Shown here one piece after another: positions 17,822 to 27,552 of a stretch of DNA of 64,000 bases; within the stretch, counting starts at the first letter, position 1; each line of letters starts with the position of its first letter. This stretch comes from an uncultured Spirochaetaceae bacterium. GTDB lineage: Bacteria > Spirochaetota > Spirochaetia > Sphaerochaetales > Sphaerochaetaceae. The position numbers and the translations under genes are program-made. The stretch is taken from NCBI GenBank assembly GCA_964545735.1, contig CAZJGS010000001.1, positions 3,726 to 67,725 on the forward strand, given 5' to 3'. The notes under the pieces were generated by a model that was not told the origin of the DNA, did not search any database, and saw nothing but the letters and a program-made list of their open reading frames with translations.

Positions 17822-17984
17822 ATGCCCTCCGGTTATTTGTTAATATAATCACATATTGTATGAAATGACAACACTTTTATATCTAATTACACAAATACTA
17901 CACAAAATTTATTTGTTACTTTAATTTGTTGCTTGACAATAATCTTAATGATAATTATTCTTAATAGTAAACAAAGGAATAGTG

Positions 17985-18830
17985 ATGAAAACAATAATAG
18001 GCCCACATATTAGCAGCTCAAAAGGCTTTTCAAATATAATTACAGAAGCAAGTAAAATTGGAGCAAATACTTTTCAATTTTTTACAAGAAACCCCAGAGG
18101 TACCAAAGCTAAAGCTTTAGATATGAGGGATATAAATCTATTTTTAGAAAAGTGGAAAGAATTGGGTAACAATCCTTTTATAGCCCATGCTCCCTACACC
18201 TATAATCTTTGCTCTAGCAAGAAAGATTTAAGAGAGTTAGCCCTTAGACTAATGGATGATGATATTAAGAGATTAGATCAAATACAATGCCCATATTTCA
18301 ATTTTCATCCAGGCAGTCATACCGGACAAGGAGAAGAAATCGCAATAGATCAAATTTCCTATTCAATAAACACTTTATTCGCCAACAACAAAGATTCAAA
18401 AGTAATCTTACTATTAGAAACTATGGCTGGCAAAGGAACTGAAGTTGGAAGAAATTTTGAGCAATTAAGTCAAATTAGAAATAATATTAAAGAAAAAAAT
18501 AGATTAGGTATTTTACTTGATACATGTCACGTTTTTGATGGTGGTTACGATATTAAAGATAATTTGGAGCAAGTATTAGAATCTTTCGATAAAACCTTAG
18601 GTCTATCTAATTTAAAAGCTATCCATTTAAATGATAGTTTAAATACTTTAGATTCTCACAAAGACAGACATGCAAGACTTGGAGAAGGAAATATTGGCCT
18701 AGAGGCAATTTCTAAAATTGTTACTCACCCTGCTCTTAAAAATTTACCCTTTATACTTGAAACACCAAATGATTTATTAGGTTATAAAAATGAAATTGAT
18801 ACCATAAGAAGTATTACCAAAGACAACTAA
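17985..18830 (+). CDS. nfo: Deoxyribonuclease IV (endonuclease IV, AP endonuclease)
   Basis: IGPHIS...GANTFQFFTRNPRG, AHAPY.YNL, LLETMAGKG, DTCH.FD.GYD, IHLNDS and ILETP motifs. Confidence 0.92.
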   Translation: MKTIIGPHISSSKGFSNIITEASKIGANTFQFFTRNPRGTKAKALDMRDINLFLEKWKELGNNPFIAHAPYTYNLCSSKKDLRELALRLMDDDIKRLDQIQCPYFNFHPGSHTGQGEEIAIDQISYSINTLFANNKDSKVILLLETMAGKGTEVGRNFEQLSQIRNNIKEKNRLGILLDTCHVFDGGYDIKDNLEQVLESFDKTLGLSNLKAIHLNDSLNTLDSHKDRHARLGEGNIGLEAISKIVTHPALKNLPFILETPNDLLGYKNEIDTIRSITKDN

Positions 18831-18966
18831 TCCATATTTTTTCAATAAAAAATACATATAGCGTTAAATAATGAATAAATTAGCGAATTATCCATAAACA
18901 AGGCACTAGAATAATTGTTTCCTCTTTACTATAATCAACAATAGGAAAATACTAAAAGGAATTATT

Positions 18967-19434
18967 ATGAGATGTCCAAACTGTACCTTAGATAATGACA
19001 AAGTAATTGAATCAAGATCCAATCAATATGGCACTTCTATAAGAAGAAGAAGAGAATGCCTAAGCTGTGGTTACAGATTTACAAGTTATGAAAAAATTGA
19101 AGAAAAAAGAATTACAGTAATAAAAAAAGATAACAGAGAAGAAGCCTTTGATATAAATAAAATAAAGCGTGGTATTGATAATTGTACTGATAAGTTGAAT
19201 ATTGATGAGGATATTATAAAGCAACTACTAGAAAATATTGAAATTAATGTCAGAACACTTTCAGGTGCTAAAAGAGAAATTCACTCCTATCAAATTGGAG
19301 AGGAAACTCTTAGACAATTATCTACAATAAATACAGTAGCTTATGTTAGGTTTGCTTCTGTTTACAGAGCCTTTGATGATATTGATCAATTTATAGAAGA
19401 AATTGAAAGATTAAACAAAAAAGCAAAAATATAA
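18967..19434 (+). CDS. nrdR: Transcriptional repressor NrdR
   Basis: MRCPNC..D.KVIESR....G.SIRRRREC..CGYRFT.YE zinc ribbon plus an ATP-cone. Confidence 0.93.
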   Translation: MRCPNCTLDNDKVIESRSNQYGTSIRRRRECLSCGYRFTSYEKIEEKRITVIKKDNREEAFDINKIKRGIDNCTDKLNIDEDIIKQLLENIEINVRTLSGAKREIHSYQIGEETLRQLSTINTVAYVRFASVYRAFDDIDQFIEEIERLNKKAKI

Positions 19435-19439
19435 TTTAT

Positions 19440-20606
19440 CTATGCATCAAACCATTTGCCTGTTATCGTTGATTCAAGTTGTTCATTAAGATGCTGCGGA
19501 ATTAGTATTTCACTTGCACAATCAAGAGCAAAATTATCACTCATTCCTGCTATATAATCAAAGATCAATCTATCAGCATTGCCTTCAATTTTTAAGTATA
19601 CAGGTAGCATTTCTTTAACATGGTTGCCAAAGCCAATTGCCAACATATTTTTCTCTCTCTTATAACCTTCTTGATCATCTGCATAAGAGTTAAAAAGTTC
19701 ACACAAATAATTATAAATTAAATTAGTTAATCTGCTAAAATATTTCTTATATCCATTTAAAATTGGTGATTTATAAATATTTTGATAATTATAATCCTTC
19801 ATTTCTTTTACAGCTTCAAAAATATCATCACTAAATCGAATTCCTTCAATATCACTTGAAACTATCAAATCTTTTACCAAAGTATCAATTATTTTACCGT
19901 TATCAAAACCTAAAAGTTCCCTAGGACCTTTTGGAAGCTTTTCTTTATCAATAATTTTCATTCTACAAGCATCTTCCCAATCCCTACCTAAATATGCAAT
20001 TGAATCACAAAATCTAACAATTGCTCCCTCATAAGTTGTAGGAAGCAAGCCTTTTTTTTGAGTGATTGTTTGAAAGTCCTTTATTTTAAATGTAGGTTTT
20101 ATACACTTTACAAAAGATTCACCACAATGGCTGACAATACCATCTCTAACAGCATAGGTTAAATTCATACCGTCTCCCTTGTTTGATAAAAAATCTACAA
20201 CTCTAAGGGAATGAATTTCATGCTCAAAGGATAAATAGCCGTGTTTTTGCATAATATCACTTAAAATAACTTCGCCCACGTGACCGAAGGGGGTATGCCC
20301 CAAATCATGGCCCATACCAATTGCCCAAGCTAATTCTTGATCCAAGCTTAGACCTCTACAAACAGCAGAGGCCACGGAGGCTACATGCAACACATGCTCA
20401 ATTCTAGTGCAAATATGATCATTGTTTGGAGCAAAAAATACTTGGGTTTTATGCTTTAATCTTCGAAAGGCTGAAGAGTGTATTATTGCGGTTGTATCTC
20501 TGTAATAAGGGCCCCTAACATCACTAGGTTTTTCCCTAATTCTTTTCTCTAATTCACTTGCTTTAATATGAGTATTTTGGTAATCAACCATTTTTTCTAT
20601 TTGCAT
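19440..20606 (-). CDS. dGTP triphosphohydrolase-like HD-domain protein
   Basis: RDTTAIIHSSAFRRLKHKTQVF, TRIEHVLHV and GHDLGHTPFGH motifs of the dGTPase/Dgt family. Confidence 0.88.
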   Translation of the reverse strand: MQIEKMVDYQNTHIKASELEKRIREKPSDVRGPYYRDTTAIIHSSAFRRLKHKTQVFFAPNNDHICTRIEHVLHVASVASAVCRGLSLDQELAWAIGMGHDLGHTPFGHVGEVILSDIMQKHGYLSFEHEIHSLRVVDFLSNKGDGMNLTYAVRDGIVSHCGESFVKCIKPTFKIKDFQTITQKKGLLPTTYEGAIVRFCDSIAYLGRDWEDACRMKIIDKEKLPKGPRELLGFDNGKIIDTLVKDLIVSSDIEGIRFSDDIFEAVKEMKDYNYQNIYKSPILNGYKKYFSRLTNLIYNYLCELFNSYADDQEGYKREKNMLAIGFGNHVKEMLPVYLKIEGNADRLIFDYIAGMSDNFALDCASEILIPQHLNEQLESTITGKWFDA

Positions 20607-20670
20607 TCACAAAGCCTTCCTTTTATGATATAATATACTAATTAGATTTCCATAGAGGCGGTAGTTAGTA

Positions 20671-21180
20671 ATGGATTATATTATTCCAACCCTTACTTTT
20701 ATAATATATTTATTATCGCTATTAATGATAATAAGATTTATATTTTCTCCAGATTGGTTATCCTGGGTTTTCCCATTAATTATCAATATAATATTTGTTA
20801 TATCTCAAGCTTACCAAAGCTTTGCTATTATGAAAAGCGAAAATTTTGATTTCGACCTATTTTCTAATTTTCCACCCTTTATAACCAAGGCAAACAATAC
20901 ATTAATTGCACTTTTCATCTCTATTTTTTGGCTATGCTCAATTACTTTATTTAATGAAGCTATAAAGAAAAACAGAAAACCAAAAGACAAGCGCAGAGAA
21001 ATTATGAAAAACAATTACTATGGAGCTCAATATACTCAATTACTCGAACAAAAAAAGATGGAGTATTTGAAAAAAAGAGAAAAAGAAGAGCAACTATATG
21101 GTTTTACCAAACCAAAAATCAAAGCCTATGATGAAGAGTGGATAAATTTATTTGATGATAATAATGAGGATAAAAAATGA
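20671..21180 (+). CDS. Hypothetical membrane protein (3-4 TM, K/E-rich cytoplasmic tail)
   Basis: Hydrophobic N-terminal 100 aa and a charged C-terminus. GAGG RBS. Its stop overlaps the aroK start (ATGA). Confidence 0.55.
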   Translation: MDYIIPTLTFIIYLLSLLMIIRFIFSPDWLSWVFPLIINIIFVISQAYQSFAIMKSENFDFDLFSNFPPFITKANNTLIALFISIFWLCSITLFNEAIKKNRKPKDKRREIMKNNYYGAQYTQLLEQKKMEYLKKREKEEQLYGFTKPKIKAYDEEWINLFDDNNEDKK

Positions 21181-21686
21181 CCTACTTCTTCTCAGGAATA
21201 AAGCATAGTGGCAAAAGCACCCATGCTCGGCTTTTTGCAGAATATAAAAACCTTCCTTTTTATGATTTGGATAAATTAATTGAAGATAACATCAAATATA
21301 ATAGTGTAAGAGAATTATATGAGAGTGAAGGTAAAGAAGCTTTTATGAATCAAGAGTTTCTTAGTTTGAAGAATTTATTGCAAAACAATACTGAAAGTAA
21401 GGTTATTGCTTTGGGTGGTGGAATTTGTGATAACCAGATGGCTTTTTCTTTATGCAATAATTTGATATATTTAGATTTGGAAGAAAAAGTTTTATTAAAT
21501 AGAATTAAATACAATGGGCTTCCAATCTTTTTGAAAGATCAACCAGCTGTGCAGTTTCACACTCTTTTTGAAAAAAGAGAGAGACTCTACAAAGAAAAGG
21601 CAAAGTTAATAATCTACTTAAAAGATGAAAGCATACAAAAAGTTTTTGATACAATAAAAGATTCTTTAGATAATTGGGAGAAATAA
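21177..21686 (+). CDS. aroK: Shikimate kinase
   Basis: Walker A-like GIKHSGKST, then FYDLD, then GGG lid region. It is coupled to aroC, with stop and start overlapping. Confidence 0.75.
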   Translation: MTYFFSGIKHSGKSTHARLFAEYKNLPFYDLDKLIEDNIKYNSVRELYESEGKEAFMNQEFLSLKNLLQNNTESKVIALGGGICDNQMAFSLCNNLIYLDLEEKVLLNRIKYNGLPIFLKDQPAVQFHTLFEKRERLYKEKAKLIIYLKDESIQKVFDTIKDSLDNWEK

Positions 21687-22756
21687 TGGGGAATAATTCT
21701 TTTGGTAAGATGTTATGCATTACCACTTTTGGAGAATCTCATGGCGCCGCTATAGGAGTTACTATAGATGGTCTTAGTGCTAATTTTTCACTTGATTTTG
21801 ATAAAATTCAAGATGAAATGAACAGACGACGACCAGGTGGGAATAAATTTGGTACCACACGCAGTGAAAAAGATACAATCAAAGTTTTATCTGGTATTTA
21901 TAAAGGCAAGGTGAGTGGAGCCCCATTAACCATTATTATTGAAAATAATAACCAATTATCAAATGATTATGGACAAATAGAAGATATTTTCAGACCCTCT
22001 CATGCTGATTTTACTTTATATAACAAATATAAAATTAGAGATCCAAGAGGTGGTGGTAGAGCTAGTGGTAGAGAAACTGCCAGTAGAGTAATAGCAGGAG
22101 CTATAGCAAAGCAATATCTTGATGTTGACAATATAAGTATTGAAGCCGCCACTGTTCAAATTGGTAATATTAAAATTGATAATACCTCTACAACTTATAA
22201 TTGGAGAGATAGAATAAAAAATGATTTTTACGCACCTGATACAGAAAAAGCCAAAGAAATGGAAGCCCTTCTAAGTAAATTAAGAGAAGAAGGTGATAGT
22301 ATTGGTGGAGTAATTGAATGTAGAATTAAAAACTTACCCATTGGATTAGGGGAACCCACCTTTAATAAATTTGAAGCTCAATTGGCCAAAGCCATGTTAA
22401 GCCTTGGAGCCGTTAGAGGCTTTGAAATTGGTTTAGGTTTTGCTAGTGCACAATACAAAGGTTCAGCTTTTAACGATGGAATGAATAAAAATGGGTTTTT
22501 ATCAAATAATAATGGTGGTGTATTAGGTGGTGTTACAACCTCTGAAGATGTTATTTTTAGAGTTGCATTTAAACCAACGCCTTCTATTTCACTTGAACAA
22601 AATACAGTTGATAAAAACAATATAGAAAAACTTATAAAAATAAAGGGTCGCCATGATCCTTGTATCTGCCCTAGAGCCGTAGTAGTAGTAGAAGCTATGG
22701 CAGCTTTAGTAGCATTAGATTTTATTATGGAAAACGCCAGCAGGAGGCCTTTTTAA
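21686..22756 (+). CDS. aroC: Chorismate synthase
   Basis: TTFGESHG, RRRPG, RPSHAD, GGGRASGRETA and KGRHDPC signatures. ATG at 21686 follows GGGAG; the ORF-track start at 21674 is TTG. Confidence 0.93.
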   Translation: MGNNSFGKMLCITTFGESHGAAIGVTIDGLSANFSLDFDKIQDEMNRRRPGGNKFGTTRSEKDTIKVLSGIYKGKVSGAPLTIIIENNNQLSNDYGQIEDIFRPSHADFTLYNKYKIRDPRGGGRASGRETASRVIAGAIAKQYLDVDNISIEAATVQIGNIKIDNTSTTYNWRDRIKNDFYAPDTEKAKEMEALLSKLREEGDSIGGVIECRIKNLPIGLGEPTFNKFEAQLAKAMLSLGAVRGFEIGLGFASAQYKGSAFNDGMNKNGFLSNNNGGVLGGVTTSEDVIFRVAFKPTPSISLEQNTVDKNNIEKLIKIKGRHDPCICPRAVVVVEAMAALVALDFIMENASRRPF

Positions 22757-24667
22757 TTGAAAGATAGCCCGTTAATAGTACAAAGCGATAGAACTTTACT
22801 CCTAGATGTTCACCACCCTCAATTTGAGGAGTGCCGAAATGTTATTGCTGCATTTTGTGATTTAATTAAAAGTCCTGAACATGTTCACACATATTCTTTA
22901 TCTCCAATTTCACTGTGGAATGCAGCCTCATGTGGAATTGTAAGTACCACAGTAATAGAAAAATTAAAACTTTGGTCAAAGTTTCCTTTGACTGATTCAA
23001 TTATATTTTTTATTGATGATATTTCTTCAAGATTTGGGAAACTTGTCTTATGCGAAGATGACAGAGATGGTAAAAAGATAAATCTCCCAACAACAACCGA
23101 GAGAACCAATGATGAAATCGATGCCCAACTAAATGAATACTTAAAACAAAAAGCTCTTAATTCAAAAATTAAGAGAGAACTCTCAAAGAAAAAAAGAGAT
23201 GGTATTAAATTAAGTGAAAAAGAGCAAGAACTTTTTGATTCCCTTATAATCAACAATTCAATAAAAACTGAAGAAGATAAAAAAAATAATACTCTTTTAG
23301 CTTTTGAAGAAGTCTATTTATTAAAAATAAGTGATAATTTAATTTTTAGAATTATTGATAATACTAGAGATTTAAAAAATTCCTTATACAAAATAAGTGA
23401 TGGAGTTTTTGCTCTTAGAAAGTTAGATAGAGGGGAAATCAAAGTTAAACTAATTGAATTAGGGTATCCTGTTGATGACAAAATCCCTCTTAAAAAAGGG
23501 GTTCCTATACAAGTTAGTTTAAGAGAAAAATCCTTAGCTGGAAAACCTTTTGAAATTAGAGACTATCAAAGCATAGCTGCTCAAACACTTGTAGGTGGCA
23601 CCTCAGAGGGATCTGGTTATGGAACCATCGTGCTTCCTTGTGGCTCTGGTAAAACTATAATTGGTATAGATATCTTAACACAACTAGCAACAAGAACATT
23701 GATAATTACTACAAATGTAGCTTCTGTTCATCAATGGGTTAATGAAATAGCTGATAAAACTTCTTTAACTTACGATGAAATAGGTGAATATACTGGTGAA
23801 AACAAAAGAGCAAGAAAAGTAACTGTTTGCACCTATCAAGTTTTGACTTGGAGACCAGATAAAGAAGGTCCTTTCCCACATTTTGAGTTATTAACAAAAG
23901 GCGAATGGGGACTTATAATATATGATGAAGTACACATGCTCCCCGCTCCTGTATTTAAAGTAACCGCAGAACTACAAAGTTTACACAGAGTAGGTTTAAC
24001 TGCAACTCTTGTTAGAGAAGACCATAAAGAAGATCAAGTATTTTCACTTGTTGGACCTAAAAGATATGATGTACCTTGGAGTGAACTTGAGCAAAGAGGC
24101 TATATAGCTGAAGCTTTTTGTAGTGAAGTGAGAATTCCACTACCTCTAGATTTAGAGGTACCCTATGCTCTTGCTAAACCACGAGAGCAATTTAAAATTG
24201 CTAGTGAAAATCCAAGAAAGCTTGAAATAGTTCACACTCTTTTAAAAAAACATGAAGGAGAATTTATTTTAATTATTGGACAATACTTATCTCAATTAAA
24301 AATAGTTGCCAAGGAGCTAAAAACTCCAATTATTACAGGCGCTACAGCTAACAAAAAACGAGATGAATTATATTCAAAGTTTAGAAATGGACAAATAAAA
24401 GTTTTAGTGGTATCAAAAGTAGCCAATTTTGCTATAGACTTACCTGATGCCTCTGTAGCAATACAGTTATCAGGTACATTTGGATCGAGAGCAGAAGAAG
24501 CACAAAGACTTGGTAGAATACTTCGGCCAAAAAAAATAAGTAGTCACTTCTATTCCCTAGTAACTCAAAATTCTAGTGAAGAAGAGTTTGCTCTTAATAG
24601 ACAAAAGTTTTTAGCTGAACAAGGATATAAATATTCTATTCAAATCTATGATAAAACACAGGATTAA
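22757..24667 (+). CDS. XPB/ERCC3/Ssl2-like SF2 DNA helicase
   Basis: XPB-type N-terminal domain (LIVQSDRTLLLDV...YSLSPISLWNAA), motif I PCGSGKT, motif II DEVH, the hallmark RED motif within GLTATLVREDHKED, and motif VI QRLGRILRP. The TTG start directly abuts the aroC stop. Confidence 0.85.
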   Translation: MKDSPLIVQSDRTLLLDVHHPQFEECRNVIAAFCDLIKSPEHVHTYSLSPISLWNAASCGIVSTTVIEKLKLWSKFPLTDSIIFFIDDISSRFGKLVLCEDDRDGKKINLPTTTERTNDEIDAQLNEYLKQKALNSKIKRELSKKKRDGIKLSEKEQELFDSLIINNSIKTEEDKKNNTLLAFEEVYLLKISDNLIFRIIDNTRDLKNSLYKISDGVFALRKLDRGEIKVKLIELGYPVDDKIPLKKGVPIQVSLREKSLAGKPFEIRDYQSIAAQTLVGGTSEGSGYGTIVLPCGSGKTIIGIDILTQLATRTLIITTNVASVHQWVNEIADKTSLTYDEIGEYTGENKRARKVTVCTYQVLTWRPDKEGPFPHFELLTKGEWGLIIYDEVHMLPAPVFKVTAELQSLHRVGLTATLVREDHKEDQVFSLVGPKRYDVPWSELEQRGYIAEAFCSEVRIPLPLDLEVPYALAKPREQFKIASENPRKLEIVHTLLKKHEGEFILIIGQYLSQLKIVAKELKTPIITGATANKKRDELYSKFRNGQIKVLVVSKVANFAIDLPDASVAIQLSGTFGSRAEEAQRLGRILRPKKISSHFYSLVTQNSSEEEFALNRQKFLAEQGYKYSIQIYDKTQD

Positions 24668-24702
24668 TTCAAAAATAAAAAGTGAGGCGAAAGTCAAATA
24701 AT

Positions 24703-26736
24703 ATGAGAGAACATCCAGAATTTTTTAAAAATTGGTTAATGGGCCTAGATAATGATAAATTTTTTTACCAGGCAAGAAACTTTTTACCAGAAACAACAAC
24801 TCCATTTAACCAAGAAACTGTTAGTGAAAATATGATAAGCTTTTTTCTAAATAGAGAAAAAGAAGCTGCCTTATTATCAACTATCGACAACGTTGATAGT
24901 TTATTACTTGGTATTTTTCAAATAACTGAAGGGGCAACTACAAATCAAATTCTTCAACTAATCAAACCCTTTGAAAAAAGTATAGAAAGTGAAGATAAAG
25001 AGTTTGTTTATTATTCCTATTTTGATAACAACAAACACTTAGAAGAATTTAGTTATGTTTCATTAATTGAACATATCTCAAACTTAGCAAAGCGTCTTAT
25101 TATATTAGAACTTGATAATAAATTTGTCCTGAATCCTATTTTTGGTGATAAATTAATAGCTAAAGCATCTCTTGCCCCTATTTTTGAAAACAACAGCCAC
25201 CTTAGTAGTGACTTATCAACAAATGTAATTGATGGTGAATTTTTAAGAGGTTATTTGTCCATAGTTAAATTAAATCCTAAATTAACAGACTATCAAAAAA
25301 GAAACATAGTAGCTCCCCTATTCCCTTCTTACAAATGTGAAGAATTAATCCAAACTACAGAGCAAATTGATAATTTATTAAATGAATTAGAAATATTTAA
25401 ACCCTTTGATACAATTGAATACGAAATACTTCAAATGTTAATTGATTTATCTTCTTTTGATTTGGCGGTATTATTTTTTGCTCAATCAATTGCACCATTA
25501 TTTGACAACTATAAAACTGTGTTTGTATTTGCAAAAAAAGTATTGAACTACCTCAACGAAATTAAATCATTTGATGAGAAGTCCCTGGTTTTTTTACTTG
25601 AAACACAATCTATTAGATTTAGCTTAGAAAAAACTGATTCTGTAGTTGCTAATTTACTAAAATTAAATATTATAATAAAAACAGCAACAGCTTATAAAAT
25701 AAATGATTTTAAAAAAACCTATCCAACTCCTAATAATCTTATTTTTGATACAGATTTATCTGTTAAATACTTGGGATCTAGAGGTAGAAATGACATATTA
25801 TGGCGTTTTGCATCCCTTTGTTCAATGGATATTCAAACCTCCTATAAACTATCAAAAGAAGATTTTAGAGATGCTCTAGATAGTTCTATGAAAAAACAAA
25901 CAATTTATGATTATATAAAAGAAAATTGTGGGGATATTGATAATTGTACAACTTTTAATTATTTAGATTTAATTGAAAAACAGTACAGCCAATTAAGTGT
26001 TTTTGATGGTATTATTATTCAAGCTGATCAGAGGATTTCTAGAATTATTGACTCTCATCCTGAAATAAAAGAACACATAATTAAAAAATTAGCTAGTGGT
26101 GTTTATTTAATGTCTAGAGAAAAAGAAAGCCAATGGACAAATATTCTTGAAAAAGCGGGCTTAATTATTCCACGCCGTAAAGGTGATTTGATTCAAAGTG
26201 AAACATTTTATACTAACGAGCAATGGAGACTAAGTAATAACTTTCATTTGAAAAACGATCAATTATCTATTGTACAAGCGCTTGAATCAATAGAAAAAGA
26301 ATTAAATGAAGATGAATACGCTATTCTAAAAAATATAGTTAGTGATAAAATATTTAATCTAAAACCTCTTAGAACAAAAATTGAATTGATGGATTTAAAA
26401 AAATCTGAAAGACAAGATTTGATAAGCCGCTTAAGATCTTCTATGATTGTTGATGAATCACAATTGGTTGCTTCAGTTTTAGATATTGATATAAGTGCTA
26501 GTGGTTTTGAATTTAGAAGAAAAGTTAATGTTTGTAAAATGGCCGGTAAAGAAGAAAATACGGTCTTAAAAGTTACTTATTTAACTCATGAATTACTATT
26601 ATTGGTAGAAAAAGTTAAAAATGAAGCTAATAATGAATATTTTGTAGTTGCAAAAAAGCTTCCTACTCTTGAAAGAGTTAGCCTACCAATAAGCAAAATT
26701 TTCAATGCTAAAATCATGAATTATATAATAAATTAA
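24703..26736 (+). CDS. Large XPB-associated protein of unknown function (no catalytic motifs recognised)
   Basis: Long uninterrupted ORF 15-35 nt downstream of the helicase gene. An internal segment (LIFDTDLSVKYLG..WRFASLCSMDIQTSYKLSKEDFRDAL) resembles the XPB N-terminal domain by eye. The start could be GTG 24682 or ATG 24703. Confidence 0.6.
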   Translation: MREHPEFFKNWLMGLDNDKFFYQARNFLPETTTPFNQETVSENMISFFLNREKEAALLSTIDNVDSLLLGIFQITEGATTNQILQLIKPFEKSIESEDKEFVYYSYFDNNKHLEEFSYVSLIEHISNLAKRLIILELDNKFVLNPIFGDKLIAKASLAPIFENNSHLSSDLSTNVIDGEFLRGYLSIVKLNPKLTDYQKRNIVAPLFPSYKCEELIQTTEQIDNLLNELEIFKPFDTIEYEILQMLIDLSSFDLAVLFFAQSIAPLFDNYKTVFVFAKKVLNYLNEIKSFDEKSLVFLLETQSIRFSLEKTDSVVANLLKLNIIIKTATAYKINDFKKTYPTPNNLIFDTDLSVKYLGSRGRNDILWRFASLCSMDIQTSYKLSKEDFRDALDSSMKKQTIYDYIKENCGDIDNCTTFNYLDLIEKQYSQLSVFDGIIIQADQRISRIIDSHPEIKEHIIKKLASGVYLMSREKESQWTNILEKAGLIIPRRKGDLIQSETFYTNEQWRLSNNFHLKNDQLSIVQALESIEKELNEDEYAILKNIVSDKIFNLKPLRTKIELMDLKKSERQDLISRLRSSMIVDESQLVASVLDIDISASGFEFRRKVNVCKMAGKEENTVLKVTYLTHELLLLVEKVKNEANNEYFVVAKKLPTLERVSLPISKIFNAKIMNYIIN

Positions 26737-26754
26737 AGGGGAAAATAGTAGTAT

Positions 26755-27513
26755 ATGAATATTGTAAGATTTTACTTTAAAGGGGAAACTCTTTATGGAA
26801 ATTATAATTTAACAACAAAAGAAATTACTATTTATGAGGGCACACCTTTTGAAGGGTTTTTTACAACAAATAAAAACCTTACTTTAGATCAAGTAGAAAT
26901 ACTGTGCCCTTGTGATTTTTCAAAAGCAATCTGCATAGGCTTAAATTATAAAGATCATGCCATTGAATTTGATCTGCCAATCCCTGAAAGTCCTATTGTA
27001 TTTTTAAAACCCTCTACAAGTGCATTAGCTCACAATAAAGTAGTAATTAAACCTGATATGTGTGAGAGACTCGACTATGAAGCAGAATTGGCCATAGTGA
27101 TAAAGAAAAAAGCCAAAAATGTAAAAATAGAGGATGTTAGTGATTATATTTTAGGTTACACCTGTGCAAATGATATTACCGCTAGAGATCTACAACCTAA
27201 AAAAGGACAATGGACTATCTCTAAAGGTTTTGATACTTTTTGCCCTTTTGGTTTTGTAATTAATACACAATTAGATCCTAATAATTTAAAAATATCGAGT
27301 AAAGTTAATAATAAGATTATGCAAGAATCTAATACTAAAAATTTAATATTTGATGTACCTTTTTTGATTTCTTATCTTTCCTCTATCATGACTCTACTCC
27401 CTGGTGATATAATTCTTACAGGTACCCCTGGTGGTATAAGTGGAATGCAAAAAGGTGATGAAGTACAAGTCATTATTGAAGGTCTTCCTCCTTTAATTAA
27501 TACTGTAGGATAA
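26755..27513 (+). CDS. Fumarylacetoacetate hydrolase (FAH) family protein
   Basis: GLNYKDHA, DYEAELAIVI, ND.TARD and PGDIILTGTPGG signatures. Confidence 0.88.
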   Translation: MNIVRFYFKGETLYGNYNLTTKEITIYEGTPFEGFFTTNKNLTLDQVEILCPCDFSKAICIGLNYKDHAIEFDLPIPESPIVFLKPSTSALAHNKVVIKPDMCERLDYEAELAIVIKKKAKNVKIEDVSDYILGYTCANDITARDLQPKKGQWTISKGFDTFCPFGFVINTQLDPNNLKISSKVNNKIMQESNTKNLIFDVPFLISYLSSIMTLLPGDIILTGTPGGISGMQKGDEVQVIIEGLPPLINTVG

Positions 27514-27519
27514 AAAAAA

Positions 27520-27552
27520 GGCCAATTGATTATTTTCAATTGGCTTTTTTTT
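27520..27552. terminator. Bidirectional terminator between the FAH gene and the aroD/E gene
   Basis: GCCAATTGA (27521-27529) pairs with TCAATTGGC (27536-27544). It is flanked by an A8 run and a T8 run. Confidence 0.8.
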
